Shown here one piece after another: positions 11,901-26,800 of a DNA stretch of 64,000 nucleotides. This stretch comes from Lama glama (Eukaryota). Position 1 is the first letter of the stretch; the number at the start of each line of letters is the position of its first letter. The stretch is taken from the NCBI GenBank assembly GCA_028534125.1, contig CM052816.1, forward strand, positions 55,554,001 through 55,618,000. Reading direction: 5' to 3'. A model generated the notes under the pieces. It did not search any database. It was not told the origin of the DNA and worked only from the letters and a program-made list of their open reading frames with translations. Made by a program: the position numbers and the translations under genes.

Positions 11901-14900
11901 GGCATTTGGAGTGCTTACCCATAAACATTCTCTCACTCAGTTCACTTTGGAAACACTTTTTTTTTTTTAACCATGTGATGGCTGGAGATGTGATTTTATA
12001 GTGAGTGCTACAATCTCTCAGCTGTACTTCTGAAATTCAAAGATCTCTGAAAATTATAAGCAACAAATGGTAATTTATGACTATATTTATGTGAGGCTAT
12101 TTAGAGTCTTTACAACTCTGTGTGAATTCTTTTTGTGTTTGTTTTGCTACAGAAATAATAATGTGTTTGATCATGAAGTGCCGCCTCAGATCCCAAAGGA
12201 GGATTACATAATATACTCAACATGCCCTGAATTTGCTTTCTAAAGTGTGAAAAGTTTTAAATTTTGAAACATACCTAACCCCAGGGATTTCGGTGAGTAG
12301 TAAGGAAAAGAACAACTTTAACTTGCTTTTACTGGAATTAAACTAATGATCATGGCTTCACTTGTATCAGGTTCTAAGAATTAAGGAAAATGGCAGCAGC
12401 ATAAATATAACTTCCTAAACAGGTTTAAGAAATAAAATGGAGGTGAGAATATTTCCAAAGCTGATTCTTTGGGGAAGTCTAGCAAATTTAAGGAAAACAG
12501 GAAGAAAAGTCATACCCATAAGTCTTAATCTCAATGGATGTGGAAAATCAGCATCAATTTCTGTTCTTAGCAATTCTTTAGCGATAGCAAATATTTCTTC
12601 TGCAGTAGAAACAACAGACGAAACTGTAGATGCACGAGTTTTTACTTCAAAATTCACATTCTTTAGCTTAATGGTAACAGTTCTGCCCTATAACAGAATA
12701 CATTATTATATATGGCTCTTTAACTTCTAGAAAAAAGTTATTTTACAGGTTAGAAAAATACAAAAGGGTCTCTTATGTACATATAGTATGGAAGTACAAT
12801 TATTTATAAAACAATGTAATGAAAATTGTCATAAAGAATAACTGGAATCTATAAATAATCTAAAAAAACCCATTTCAGCCAATAATTAATACCTCCTTAC
12901 CCAAATGAATTTTACAAAAGACTTTTATATAAAGGGCAAAGTTAACTGATTCTTTTCCTTTTTACTGAATCTCTTCTTGAGGTTAATTCAGTACCTAAAA
13001 AGATAGGGGGAAAAAATCTTTCTGAAGGGACCTCATTGAAAAGGTTTTGTGGACAGCACACACTTACTGTGTACCTATTATATACCAGATATTATGCTAA
13101 ATTTACATGTTAGAACTCCTTTACAGTTATTGTTTAATGGGTATCAAGCTTTACTTTGGGATGATGAAAAAAGTTCGGGCGATCAATAAAGTTGATGGTT
13201 AGTTGCACAATATGAATGTGCTTAATGCCACTAAAATGTATACTTAAAAATAGTTAAAATGGTAAGTTTTGTTATGTATATTTTGCAATCTCCTGGAGGT
13301 TAGAGAGTGCGGTAGACTTACTGACTCAATTCCAAAGAACAGAGTTTGGAAAGGGAAAAAGAGTAAATTCACAGGGGAGAAGCCGAGCAAACACTACCTT
13401 AACCAAGTGATAAAGGTTATTATCACCTGTGACGTCATGTAGCTATCAAAGACCTTGATAGGATGTGATGAAGGGGACACTCCATTTCTGTGGCATTCTT
13501 TCTAAAAACCTATGACCTGGTCTAATTATAAGAAAATTATCAGACAGACCCAGACTGGAAGACATTCTACAGTATACTTGGCTAGTACTCCTCAAGACTG
13601 TCAAGGTCAAAAAAAAAAAAAAAAAAGACTCTCAAGGTATGAAAAACAAGGAAATACTGAGCAACTGTCTAGAGGAAGGCAGTTGAGGAACACAGACTAG
13701 AGGAAATTGGGAAGTCATGACAACTAAATGTAGTGTGGTTCCCTGAACTGAATCCTGGTATAGAGAGAGAATATTAATGGAAAAAAATAGGTAAAATCCA
13801 AATGTCTGGATTTAGTTAACAGAAATGTGCTAATGTCAGTTTCTTAGTTTTGCAAATGTACTATGATAAATATGTTAATAATGAGGGAAACTGGGTATAC
13901 TGGAAATCTCTGTATTGTCTTGTAATGTGCTGTGATAATATAAGATGTTAATAATAAGAGAAATTGGGTATACTGGAAATCTTTATATTATCTTTTTAAC
14001 TATTCTATAAATCTAAAATAATTCTAAACTTAAAAAGTTTATTTAAAATTTTTAAAAAAGAATTCTCTTTATACTTAAGGTATAATAGAGAAGGGTTATA
14101 AAAAATATTCATCAGCTACCCCATTCTTTGTAATAACTTCTTAAAACTCTTGTATTACAGTTTTTAATAACCCCATCTCTGGTTTGAGAGTGTTGGAAAA
14201 ATATCAAATATGGATTGTGGTGAGTGAAGATTATAAAATACAAAGTTCAAAGCCTTCCAGGTTTTGTTCTCAGTATTTTAAGCAACCTGGATTAAGGCCT
14301 TGAAACAAAATGCCTATTCTACAAGGTCATTGTCTACCTGACAATGACATTAAAGGATGACTGGAAAGGCTTTTATAATAAGTACAGTTCTGGGGAAATC
14401 CTTCCCTTTGCCTTATTCTTTATTGCCAATATAATTCTCATTTTGAACTTATTCAAACAAATGTACTCACAAGGTAATATAAACTCCTTTGGAATTATAC
14501 TGGAGCCACTCCATCCTCACAAGTTGCTTCCTCATAAAATGACCTCATCTAAGGCAAAATCTAACTCTTGATTTAAGGTACCTTTTTATTATTAAAACTT
14601 TTAAAAACTAAGAACACTGCATAAAAATAAAGTACCTTAAGTCCTTCTTTCTGCAGATCTTGAGCAAGTTCACTGCAAAGTTCTTGGCACAAGCTGTACT
14701 GTTCCTCTGCTTTACTTATCTCACTGAATGTCCTAGAAAGACCAGAATGATTTTGCTGCACAAAGTAAACTATAATTCAGGATAATTTAGAAATAATATA
14801 GTATGTTTAAATGGCCTAGCATTAAAGTTATATTTTCTACAGTACAGAATAAAGTTATCAAGTGAACTAAGATATAATTAAGTAAAAACATCTAGCATCT

Positions 14901-17900
14901 TCTTAAACAATGGAAGATTATTTACAGCTAAACTGATTAGCAAAGGTGCATTTGTTCTCTACAGTATTTTTTTTAAAAAGATGATTAAAGTCACCAACAG
15001 ATAATAATAATGCCCCCAGAATTTGTAAATTAGTATACACATTAGTATACATACGTATATAGACTTTGCTACAGAAGATTATCTTAAGAAAATACAGATA
15101 AGAACATCTTTCCAATCACTGCACATGTATTTTCTGGAAAAGAATTATCTTCAAGTAGATTTAAGGGGTTCGTTCATGGCACCTACTTAAAGCTGTCTAA
15201 TAGACAGCTGGAATGGAGGGCTGGTAAGATTAAATGCAGAACTTGTAACTTCATCTGCACAAGGGTGTTGAAAGGTTTTATTAACGAAAAAGAGGAAGAC
15301 ACTAAAGAGATACCAGGGTAACGAGTAAACAACCCTGAGCAAATAACGATTCATTAAAGAGTCCCCCTTCTAAATCTGCCCCCAGCTACCCAGTTCTCCC
15401 TGTGGCAACCAGTGCTGCCAGCTTCCTATTCACTTGAATTCCTCTAGAATATTGTATGCATATCTAGAAGCAGCAAACAGGCAAACATTTCCCTTCAATT
15501 TAAAATCAATAGTAGAATATCAGATACACTGTTGGTATTTTGCTTTTCTCATTCATCCTCATGAGAGTTCCCTATGAGGAAATAATTTCCTCATTTTTAT
15601 ATGGCAGCATAACATTCTAATTCAAAGATGTAAGATCACTTAACCAATCCTCCATTTGTAGATATTTAAGTTATTTCCAATCTTTTGCTATCATAAAAAA
15701 TGCAGTGAATAACCCGTATACATGTAAAACAACATGTGATCATACCTGTGGGGTGAATTCTTAGAAAAAGAATTGTGGGATCAAAGCACACGGGTATCTG
15801 TGATAGAAATTGCCAAATTGCTTGCCCTCTGTAGTAGGCAAAATAACGGTCCCCAAAGATGTCCAAATTCTAATGTCTCAGAACCTAGTACATTACACGG
15901 TAAAAAGGACTTTGCAGATGTGGTTAAATTAAGATGGGGCAATTACCCTGCATTAGCCAGGTAGGTCCAATATAATCCCAAGGAGGCAGGAAGGTAAGAG
16001 TCAAAGAAAAACAAAATACAAGATTTGAAGATGGAGGATGGGGCCATGAACCAAAGAATTCAAGGAGCCTCTAGAAACTTTGGGCAAGGCAAGGGATTCT
16101 CCTCTGGAGCCTCTAGGAGGAATGAAAACCTGCTGACACCTTAATTTAGGATTTCTGACCTTCAGATCTGTATAAGAATAAACTTGTGTTGTTTTAAGCC
16201 ACTAAATTTGTGGTAATTTGTTATACTACCAATAAGAAACTAGTATACCTTTTAGAGTTTAGTAGCCTTTTCACTCCCATGGTCTTGCCAATAGAGTATG
16301 TTAGTACCTTCGCCAACCTGATTAGTGAAAAACGCTATCTCAGGGAACTTTCAGTCTGTGTTTGTTAAACTATTAAGGAGATCGGGGATATTTTCACATG
16401 TTTATAGAGCCGTCTGTACTTTCTTTTCTGTTAATTAATTAGACCCTTGTTCATTTTTTCTATTGGTTTGCTGGCTCTTTCTTAAGAAATATTAATATTA
16501 TTTAATATTGATATTCTTGTATAGTAAGCAATGTTCTCAATAACAAAAGACAAAATAGAAAAAAAAATCATTAAATAGGACAATATTATCTCACTTTTGG
16601 ATGCTTTTTTTCCCTTTCTTTTCCTTTGATCGCTTTTATGTAAATCACAGCCTAACCCAGCAATTTTTATCAAAGTCATTTACTGAGTGTATTGTCTTGT
16701 AAAAGTCATTGAGCTTTTCTGATCCCAAATAATATATGTGAAGAATGAACACAACCTTATACGAGGTCTGTGTTTCTAAAATGTCTCAGTGGAACTTTGG
16801 CGCTTTGAGGAGATAATTGAGGGACTTTTAAAATAACAACATATTTCCCAAAACAATAAGGTTCCATCAAGATTTCTTTTGACTTCCAAACAAGATTGTA
16901 AACCACCGAACTACATCACCTCTAAGCTCTCCTTCTTCAATATCTTACTATTTGATGCCTATGGTCATTCACAAATATTTGAAGAATTTCAGAAAGAATT
17001 TCCATCATCATTTATTAAATTTTCCAAATAACTATTCAGTATAATTCTTCTTATAAACAAGCTTAGAAATTAAGATTTGAAATCCTAAAATGCTTGGTTT
17101 TCACTGAATAGGAACAAAACCAACATTCAAAAACGTTAAGTACAGCTAAATTTTTTCCATTAAGAGCACAGCAGGCAAAGATAATAAAGTATTGTACTAG
17201 GATGTTTACTCTAGGAGTGTCAAACTACTGAAAATTATTATTTGATTTGCAAATAATATTTTTAATTTCAGTGATAGTTTATTAAAATTAAAAATTAGTT
17301 AAATAATATGAATTATGAATAATTAACAACAAAATATTACCTCTCGACACTCATGCTTTTCCTCTCTCCATCCCTTGAAATAAATTAAAAAGAAAAGCTT
17401 TTAGTTGCTTTCTCAAAGAAGACTGAGTTCCTTTTAGTCAACCAAGATGACTTAGTTACCCTTTAGAGATCTCAGTAATGTTTTAGTTTAAAAGTTACAT
17501 ATCATGAAACACAGTGAGTTTTTTAACCTAAAAATAAAACTATCACCAAGGAATGAAAATAGATAAGGTGCTAATACAATCACACATATAATGGATCAAG
17601 TCTACAGCTATCAAAGAGAACAAATTTGAAAACAGATTGATACCATAAATTGTTTCTATTAAAAGTCTGAATATCAAAACCCACAACTTATGAAAACCAA
17701 CAGAAGGTGGTAATGTAAACGCTTGTAGTTATACGATACAATTAAGTTTTTAATAATTTATTATCAATTATCTAGTTTTTGCCCTAGTACATTAACTTTG
17801 CTCTGCGACAGCCTGTTTATCATTCATTTATACCACTCTATAGAAGCTCAGTCAAAATTTGGGAGACAGCAATAGGATGATGATTGGGAATCTGAAACAT

Positions 17901-20797
17901 CTGGTTTGGTTGGATTCTAGCAGCTCTGATAGGAGTAATTAAAATCAAAAAGTTGAAATTACATGCAGATTATTCATTTTCCAAGTATTTAATGATCCTA
18001 TTACAAATTGAGCACTGTTCTAGAACTTGGGAGAGACGGTAATAAACAAAACAGACCAAGTGCCTGCCCTTAAGAAACCTTTATCCTAGTGGAGTGAGAC
18101 AAACAAATATAGAAGTAAATATGGAATAGGTTAGAAGAGGGGAAGTACCACTGATTCAAAAACAAACAAATTAGGGGAAGAGAGAATGTGGATAGAAGGA
18201 AAGGTGGGTTTGCTATTTTATACTGTTAAAAAAAATACCTATGAATTTTACTTAAAAGAATTACCTGCATTTCTACCACAGGTGTTAACATTATATTAAA
18301 AACTATACTGCTTTCAAGCACTATAGAAATAAAAAGAGGGTAATTTTTAGATTAAAGATGAAAGTTGTATTTCCCATCATCTTAAAATATGGGGTTATTA
18401 ACAGGGGTTATTACAATATCTTTCTCTTATCTTTCATTATATCCACTCAAAGTCAGATAACTGTGGACTGGAAAGAATGAGGAGCATGGAGACCTGAGAA
18501 AAGCAATAGTACATGCCTTGCAATCTCTGTAAGACTTAGCAGGTTTAATTGGTTAATCAAATTTGTTTCATATGCCTCCTCAATAATCTTCTTGTTTTCC
18601 TTTAATTTAAGTATAAGAACATAAAGGAGTTATTTTGAGGGCAGGCTAACAGGATCATGACAAAATTGTAAAAATAGTGCCCAGCGTTAATTCTCATTCT
18701 TGTTTTTATTACCTTCTTTTCACCCACCCTGAACAGTGTACCCTTCTAGCTCTAGGATATTTCTAAGACTTAGATGAAAGAGTGGCAGGGAGGCAACACA
18801 GGGCTTCTCCTCTAGATGTTTCTTCTTCTCCTAGATCTTTGAATGGCTCCCCTCTTCAGGTCTCTGCCTCTGGATGACCGCTGCCAACCCTGCCTCTTAC
18901 TCCCAACTCATTTTCTGTGCCCTCACTTTTCCTTACTTTCTTCATTTGTTTATTTCTTGTATTTGTTCCTTTCTGTTTCTCACACTATTCTGCAAATTCC
19001 ATTAAGGCAGGACTTTGCCCTGTTAACTGTTAACTGCTGTTAACAACCCCAGTGCCTAGAACAGTGCCTAACACAAAGTAAGTACTCAGTATTGAGTAAA
19101 TGAATCATTTACAAATCTGGAAAAGAGAAGAAATACAGGCAGTTCATGAAGGCTTTCAAGGATCATTAAGTTGACTCGCTTAAAGGGTGAATTCAGGAGT
19201 ATGAGCCATCTTTGTTTCCTCAACAATCAGACTACTAGTATTCTTATGTTCTGAACAAAGAGCAAGTCAGGTACAGAAAACAAAGCATCCATCATCCCTC
19301 TTATTCATTTGTCCAACTGCTGTAGCCAACAACCTAGAAGTGATTCTTTATTCCTCTTTTCTTTCTCTCTCACATCCAATCTTTTGGGTCTAATTCAAAA
19401 ATTATTTTCTGAATTGAGGTAGCCTAAAAGAAATTTAAAACATCTTATGCTTATGGCCTCTATCTCAATGGTTAAAAATGTTAATTTCAGCAAATTAAAA
19501 AGAAAAAGCAGAATGACTATACAATCAGATACCTTTCCAGGTGTGTTGAACCTAGACCCAGGGAGATATGAAGGAAATAATGCCAAGATGTTTCAGAGAA
19601 AAGGAGAGAGAGTAACGCCCTCTGTTCATAGAGTTCTGTACAAGTCATAATTCCCAGGGCCTTTAACATTTTCTCTGTAACTTTTCCTATTCCAGAAACC
19701 TAGAAAAGAATCAATATTTATCATTAATACATTTTTTAATTAGGGTAAGAACCAGTATTATAATCTCATCATACCTTTTATAATCAATAAAAGGTATAAT
19801 AATGTGCTTATTTTCACAAGTTATACAAGAAAACCACTTTAATTACTTTCTGGCCGTATTTCCTAAATTCACATTCCATGGAAATTTAAAATTTTAAATT
19901 CTATGGAATTAAAAAAACACTTAAAAAAGAGTTCTGTGGTTATATAAACTTGGGGAATGGTAGGATAAACAATCTTGTTTTTCCCTTTTAATTTTTTTAA
20001 ATTGAAGTATAGTTGACGTACAACATTACATTAGTTTCAAGTGTACAACACAGTGATTTAACATTTACATACATTACAAATCAATCATCACAATAAGTCT
20101 ATAGCCATCTGTCATCATACAAAGTTATTATAATATTATTGACTATATTCTCTATGTCATACATTACATCCTATGACTTATTTGTTTTATAATTGGAAGT
20201 TTGCACCTCTTAATCCTCTTACCTATTTTGCCCAACTCCCCATGCTCCTCCCCTCTGGCAACCAAAGTTTGTTCTCTGTAACTATGAGTCTGTTTCTAGG
20301 ATAAACAAACTTAAAATGAAATTTTTATTGTAAGAATGATGAATCCTTAAGATACTAATACCTGTTGTGACCCACCAAGGGTGGTACATTCCAAGGTTCT
20401 TTGATCCCAGAACCTTTTTAAATAGAACACCCATTCATACTTTGGAAAACACATTGGAAAACACTGCTTTATAGCTACATCTTATATATACTATTCAGGA
20501 ATCATTATACATTATATATATTGATACAGTCTTGCTTCTGAACATTGAAAATGTTTATTTAAATTTCACTAATATACATTATGCTGAGTGAGAAAAGCAA
20601 GTCCTAGAACATCAAATAGTTTACAGAGCAATTATTATTTTTAAAAAGCATATATATGCAGAAAAATTTAGAAGCTGTACAAAATAATAAAATATATCCT
20701 TTCTAGAATCCCTGACGGAGTCTTTTATCATTTTAAAGATAGTAAAGTGTTTTGGGTTTTTTGTGGGGTTTTTTGGGGGGGGGGAGTAATTAGGTTT

Positions 20798-20832
<35 letters not shown>

Positions 20833-23800
20833 TTAATTAAATGGAGATCCTGGGGATTGAATCCAGGACCTCATACATGCTAAGCACACACTCTATTACT
20901 GAGCTATACCCCTCGCCTCACCCCGTTTTTGTTTGTTTGTTTGTATTTTGGTCAAAAGCAATTAAAATTCTAAACCTATTAATCTGGTAGCAATTTGGAT
21001 TTTAGAACTAAGACAGCATGTTAAGTTACAGCTGAAAGGACTCTGACAAGTATTTTTTATTCTTCCATCTCCTTAAGTCTGTCATGTGTTACTTCCTTAA
21101 AACTTTACAGCAAACGAGTTTCTTTAACTTCAATTTTTAGGGTTTCACAGAAAGATTTCTTCAAATCCAAACTCAAATCATCCATCACAGTTCTTGCTTG
21201 TTACCTACTGTTTTAAAATTTTTCAAAAAAAAACCCATTATGATCATCCTAAACAGTATTTCTTCAGACCTCAGAGAATATGTACAGATCATAAATTTTC
21301 TGTAAAATCTCACCTTTCTAATGGGTAAGTCCTTGATGAAGTCCATCACAGCTTGTCTGTTAGGGGGAATTTGGTATTGTCCATTTGGTTTATTCTTATC
21401 ACTGCATACTTTTGCTAACATTGTATTTGGTGCAATGCCTTAAAAGAAGAACACAATGATGACTCAAAGAACATGATATGTATGATTTTAAAATATGTAA
21501 TAATACAGACAAAAATTAAATGCAAAAATCTGAAACGATGTGGAATGCCACTTTAAAAATAACACTTGATTACTATCTATCTCCATAGGGCTTGCTATGG
21601 TTTTAGAAAAAGAAATTGTATTAGTCATTGTGGCAGCAGAAATGGGGAAGCCTAAGAGTAATTTCTGAGTTTAAGTGATATTATTAGTACATTTATTGTA
21701 TTTAGTAGGAATACAGGACTGTCATAGAAAAGATTGAGAATATTCTCATTATATAAGGATTATATAAAATAGGATGGCTGTTTACTCTTTTAAAAGGTCT
21801 TTTGTAGAAATAATCCACATTAAAAAAAATCAAAGATTCTGATTTCCAGTATATTAAAGCAATGATAATGAAACGTGTGCATCCTTTTTATGCTACTTAC
21901 AAAGCAAGTTACTACTTTTCAGAAAGGTGTTTTATAATTTCAAGGTGTCTCAATGATTAAGATAACTTGAAATAGGCATATTCAAATATAATCATTAAAT
22001 AGTTCATTTCAATTTTTATACACATTTTCCTAAAACTTATTACTTATTCTCATGCTTTGGCATAGGAAGAAAAGACTAACCCAATCATAATACGACTTTC
22101 ATAAAATAATGTAAGGTTCTCAGGATGAATTCCAGTTTCTACACTAAGAAACAGTGATACCCTCATAGGTTACTGACTTTGTAAATCTCTTTTCCCCTTC
22201 ACCAGATGATCCTAGGTTGCTGTATTGATAGCTGGTATTTTTTCTATCTCATTCATACTGTGTGTGGTCATCTTAGGTCTTTCTTGTACTGAAAGGCTTC
22301 AAAGAGAAAACTAATAAAATATTATGTCCAAAATCAATTAAAATAGATTTTGTGCTTAAAAAAGGATAGCTACATGAGATTTATGGTAATTTTTTGCTTT
22401 GGACTTGGAGGCTTTTCTGTTTAGTTCTGATTTACCTACAGGTTCACAGCATTCTGAAGAGGTAAAGTTGTTAGAAGTTAAATAAAAAACAGATAACTAG
22501 AATGTTACTATACACTTTATAATGAGAAACTGCTAATATTACACTTCAATTAGCCGGTCTGAAAATTGTAACTATTGGAATCATCGATATCCTTTAAAGT
22601 ACCTGCACTGGCTGTCAGTGTTGTTTTTTGCTCGATTCTGAAACGAATTTCCTTTACTACTTCCTCAGCTGATGTTCCAAAAACAATTGCATTTTCGAGT
22701 ATCTGAGGATTATTTGGTTCTTCAGAGTTCACTTGGAGAGGATTTCCTGTGGACTGCAAATCAGGAGGACTATCTTCAAAAAGGAGTGGAGAGATGGATC
22801 GTTCACACTCACTCAGTTTAACCTCCTTTCTGGGTTTATCTAAATTATAAACAAAAATAGTAAATCATCTTCATTTTAAAACATGTATACTTCATAAATA
22901 GGTTCCCCTACAGTCTTTCTAAAGACAAAACAAATCTGGTTTAGTTTTGTTTCTAAGAACCAAGATCAGAAATGTTATCATTTATATTTTTACCTATTTA
23001 ATGAAGAAAACATTAATTCAAAGATCTACTTATAAAGAATATTATCCATTTCCATAGTATACATCTTAAAAGGAAATAGCTTATGTAAAACTCACTAATT
23101 TCTGTACTGAAATTAACTGAAACTCAGAATTCGAATTAGATTCACATTTCTTTTTTTCTTAAGAAAAATGAAAGTTTTTTTCTCTTTTCTCATCTCTGGG
23201 GAGTATGTGCGGGGAAGAACCTTCTAAATTAGGATTTAGGAATAAGGGAAAAGGTTATTAAGCAATCTAGAATAATTATGCCTAAAAGGAAAATTTTGTT
23301 TTTAGAGGGGAGAAAAAAACCTTAAAATATTCTTCATTCATGGAAGAAATTTTCAGATGTTAAAGTAATCTGAATTTTCTTTCAAGTGCTGATTTTAATT
23401 TTGATTTGTTTATAATAATATGAATTAAGTTACAGACAGATATTTTCCAAATCTGAATTCCCAGGCCATTTACAAAATAAGCCTTATTTTCAAACTTACA
23501 TAAGCTGTTATTTGTGTACTTTAGTTTCTTTCACTTTCTGTGATCTGGTTTTAAAATGCAGAACAATTCAGAGGGAGTTAAGACTGTGGCACAGCTGAAA
23601 TGGTATCCACCTGGATCTCCTTTTCCCCATTTAGATGGAAGGGTGGAAGTCAAGGTAAAGAGCTACAGAATCACTGCAGACCAAGTAAGGTACATTCCTA
23701 AGCCCCTTCCGCAGTTCCTTATGCCGTGTTTTGCACCTTATCTTTCTATCACACTGCCTCAGGTCAGTCACTGACAGAGCCCTACGGCAGAAAGCAAAGT

Positions 23801-26800
23801 GTGCTTGCCTTCAGGTTCACTGTTCAGAGCGCTGCTGAATGGTATAGTTACCTTTTCTTTTTCTTTTTTTTTTTTTTTTAACATTTTTTATTGATTTATA
23901 ATCATTTTACAATGTTGTGTCAAATTCCAGTGTAGAGCACAATTTTTCAGTTATACATGAACATATATATATTCATTGTCACTTTTTTTCTCTGTGAGCT
24001 ACCATAAAATCTTGTATATATTTCCCTGTGCTATACAGTATAACCTTGTTTATCTATTCTACAATTTTGAAATCCCATCTATCCCTTCCCACCCTCTGCC
24101 CCCTTGGCAACCACAAGTTTGTATTCTCTGTCTGTGAGTCTATTTCTGTTTTGTATTTATGCTTTGTTTTTTTTGTTTTTGTTTTTGTTTTTTTAGATTC
24201 CACATATGAGCAATNNNNNNNNNNNNNNNNNNNNNNNNNNNNNNNNNNNNNNNNNNNNNNNNNNNNNNNNNNNNNNNNNNNNNNNNNNNNNNNNNNNNNN
24301 NNNNNNNNNNNNNNNNNNNNNNNNNNNNNNNNNNNNNNNNNNNNNNNNNNNNNNNNNNNNNNNNNNNNNNNNNNNNNNNNNNNNNNNNNNNNNNNNNNNN
24401 NNNNNNNNNNNNNNNNNNNNNNNNNNNNNNNNNNNNNNNNNNNNNNNNNNNNNNNNNNNNNNNNNNNNNNNNNNNNNNNNNNNNNNNNNNNNNNNNNNNN
24501 NNNNNNNNNNNNNNNNNNNNNNNNNNNNNNNNNNNNNNNNNNNNNNNNNNNNNNNNNNNNNNNNNNNNNNNNNNNNNNNNNNNNNNNNNNNNNNNNNNNN
24601 NNNNNNNNNNNNNNNNNNNNNNNNNNNNNNNNNNNNNNNNNNNNNNNNNNNNNNNNNNNNNNNNNNNNNNNNNNNNNNNNNNNNNNNNNNNNNNNNNNNN
24701 NNNNNNNNNNNNNNTAATGTTTTGCCTATATTTTCTTCTAGGAGGTTTATTGTATCTTGTCTTATGTTTAAGTCTTTGATCCATTTTGAGTTGATTTTTG
24801 TGTATGGTGTAAGGGAGTGTTCTAGCTTCACTGCTTTACATGCTGCTGTCCAGTTTTCCCAACTTCTCTGTGAGGCCTGGCTATGCAACCAACTGCTGAA
24901 GTGGTTTTTTATTTGCTTTCTGAAAGAAATAACTTCATAATCCTCATAACTGAGGTGATCAGAGTATAAAACTAAGGTTTCTTATAATCTGAATACTAGG
25001 ATGAAAGATCCCATCTGGATGGAAAGTGCTAAAAAGGGTATATAGTACAGTATTTCATTTCTTTTATTATAATAATAACTATTATTTTATTTGTATATAG
25101 ACATGGAAGTTAGCAATACTTTTCCAAAGACTGCACCTTTTAGAAAGGGGCAAACAGCAGAAAAAAGCCATGGACTTTAGAGGAAGGTATGCCAACCACC
25201 TGCCATGGCTCCAATTCACTGTTGACACTTTCTCCTGGCATAATATGAAATCAGATATGCCCAAAAACCCAGCCCACAGGGACTTACACATGAGAAAAGG
25301 AAAAAGTGAAGCTACTTTAAATTGTTTAGGAATATGACATACACAAAGATGAAAGTACATAAGTCAAATGTTAATAGCAATACATAATAAAAATTCATAT
25401 CCTCATAATGAGTTTAGATATATGACAAATGATAAATGAAAAAACCATTAGTAGATAATGTCTCCCCTCCTTTCTCTTGAAAAGTAGGAACTAACAAAGT
25501 GATCAGGCTTTATCTAATTTCCCCAAACAACAGTTATACTAACAGCAAAAACCCTTCTGTTCTAAGTCTCTGTGTCCAGAAATTATGTTTGCTGATTGTT
25601 TAATGTTTCTCTTAAAGAGAGAGAACTACCCCTTAGAGCTCTAAGTAAAGTCATAAAATGAGAATTTGACGTCCATATTAAATCTGCTCCAAAGATGTGA
25701 GGCCCAAACAATGGGAAAGTTAGAATTTTATGCCAATGAGGATCCACCATTTTTGCTTCAGGCAAAGTTACAAACAGGTTTCCCCACCACTGTCTACTCG
25801 CTGAAGCAGTTGAAGAGTTGTGCACATAAAACGTGGCTGTGGGTTTTGAGCAAGCCCTGTTTCCACCTTTTCATCCAGATGAACTTTGTTCAGGGTTCCA
25901 GGGCAGCTCTGGTATATGAAGTAATCACATCTCTGACAGAGCACTGAAAGCAGCATGTGTACTATCTGCACATTTTTTGGCACCATTTTGAATAGGTAAT
26001 AAGGGGCCCATCTGAAAAAAAACTTGGGGTCATAAAACTTCTGTTTCATTGTATATAAAATGAATCAAAAATAATGTCTCAGGCAAAGAAGAGAGTTTGG
26101 GGAGTCATTAATTTTGTCAAGGTTGAAAAGTCATAGTCACTGTATAACCAGATTATAGAAAACTTGGGAAATAAGGAAAAAAATCCCACCCAATGTTTTG
26201 ATATATCTCAAGCTAGTTTTTGAAAAAAATCTATTTTCTATTAACTACTACAACAAAAGGCCACCTTAAACAGAGAACTTCCTCAGATTTGACGCAATCC
26301 AATCCTTTTGTTCTTTAGATCTTAGGAAAAGAACTGCCATGAAATTACTTTGTTTAGGGAATCTGCAGACTCCAAAAATCTAGAGACTTAACAATCTCAT
26401 TTGGTTTAAAAGTGACATTTCACACATTTAACTCAGAAAACCCACTGGTATATTTTAAGTTTCTGATTTTTCATTTTTAATACTTTTTCATAATAAAGGT
26501 ATATCTATTCCTACCCCCTGTGCATGCTAAATTAACTGGTTAATCCAAAGGGTGTTTTGTTTGCTTTTTAGTTTGATCATTCTAATAAATTGCTTACCAT
26601 TTTCTAGAGAGTTTCCTGTTTTGATGAAATACTTCCTTTTGTCTTCAGGCCAATTTTGTCTTTCCTCTAAGTGCTTTGTTATATTCAAGTAGGCTTCATC
26701 AAGACTCATAGCCATAAAATTGGGATCATAATCAGCAAGTATTTCCTTAACCTTCAAAAGGAACAAAATGGTTTCAATTTTGCTGCCACAGCAAAACCTG

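Noticed and set aside
24028..24940. ORFs over 200 aa
   Set aside because: Artefacts of translating across the 500-N gap.
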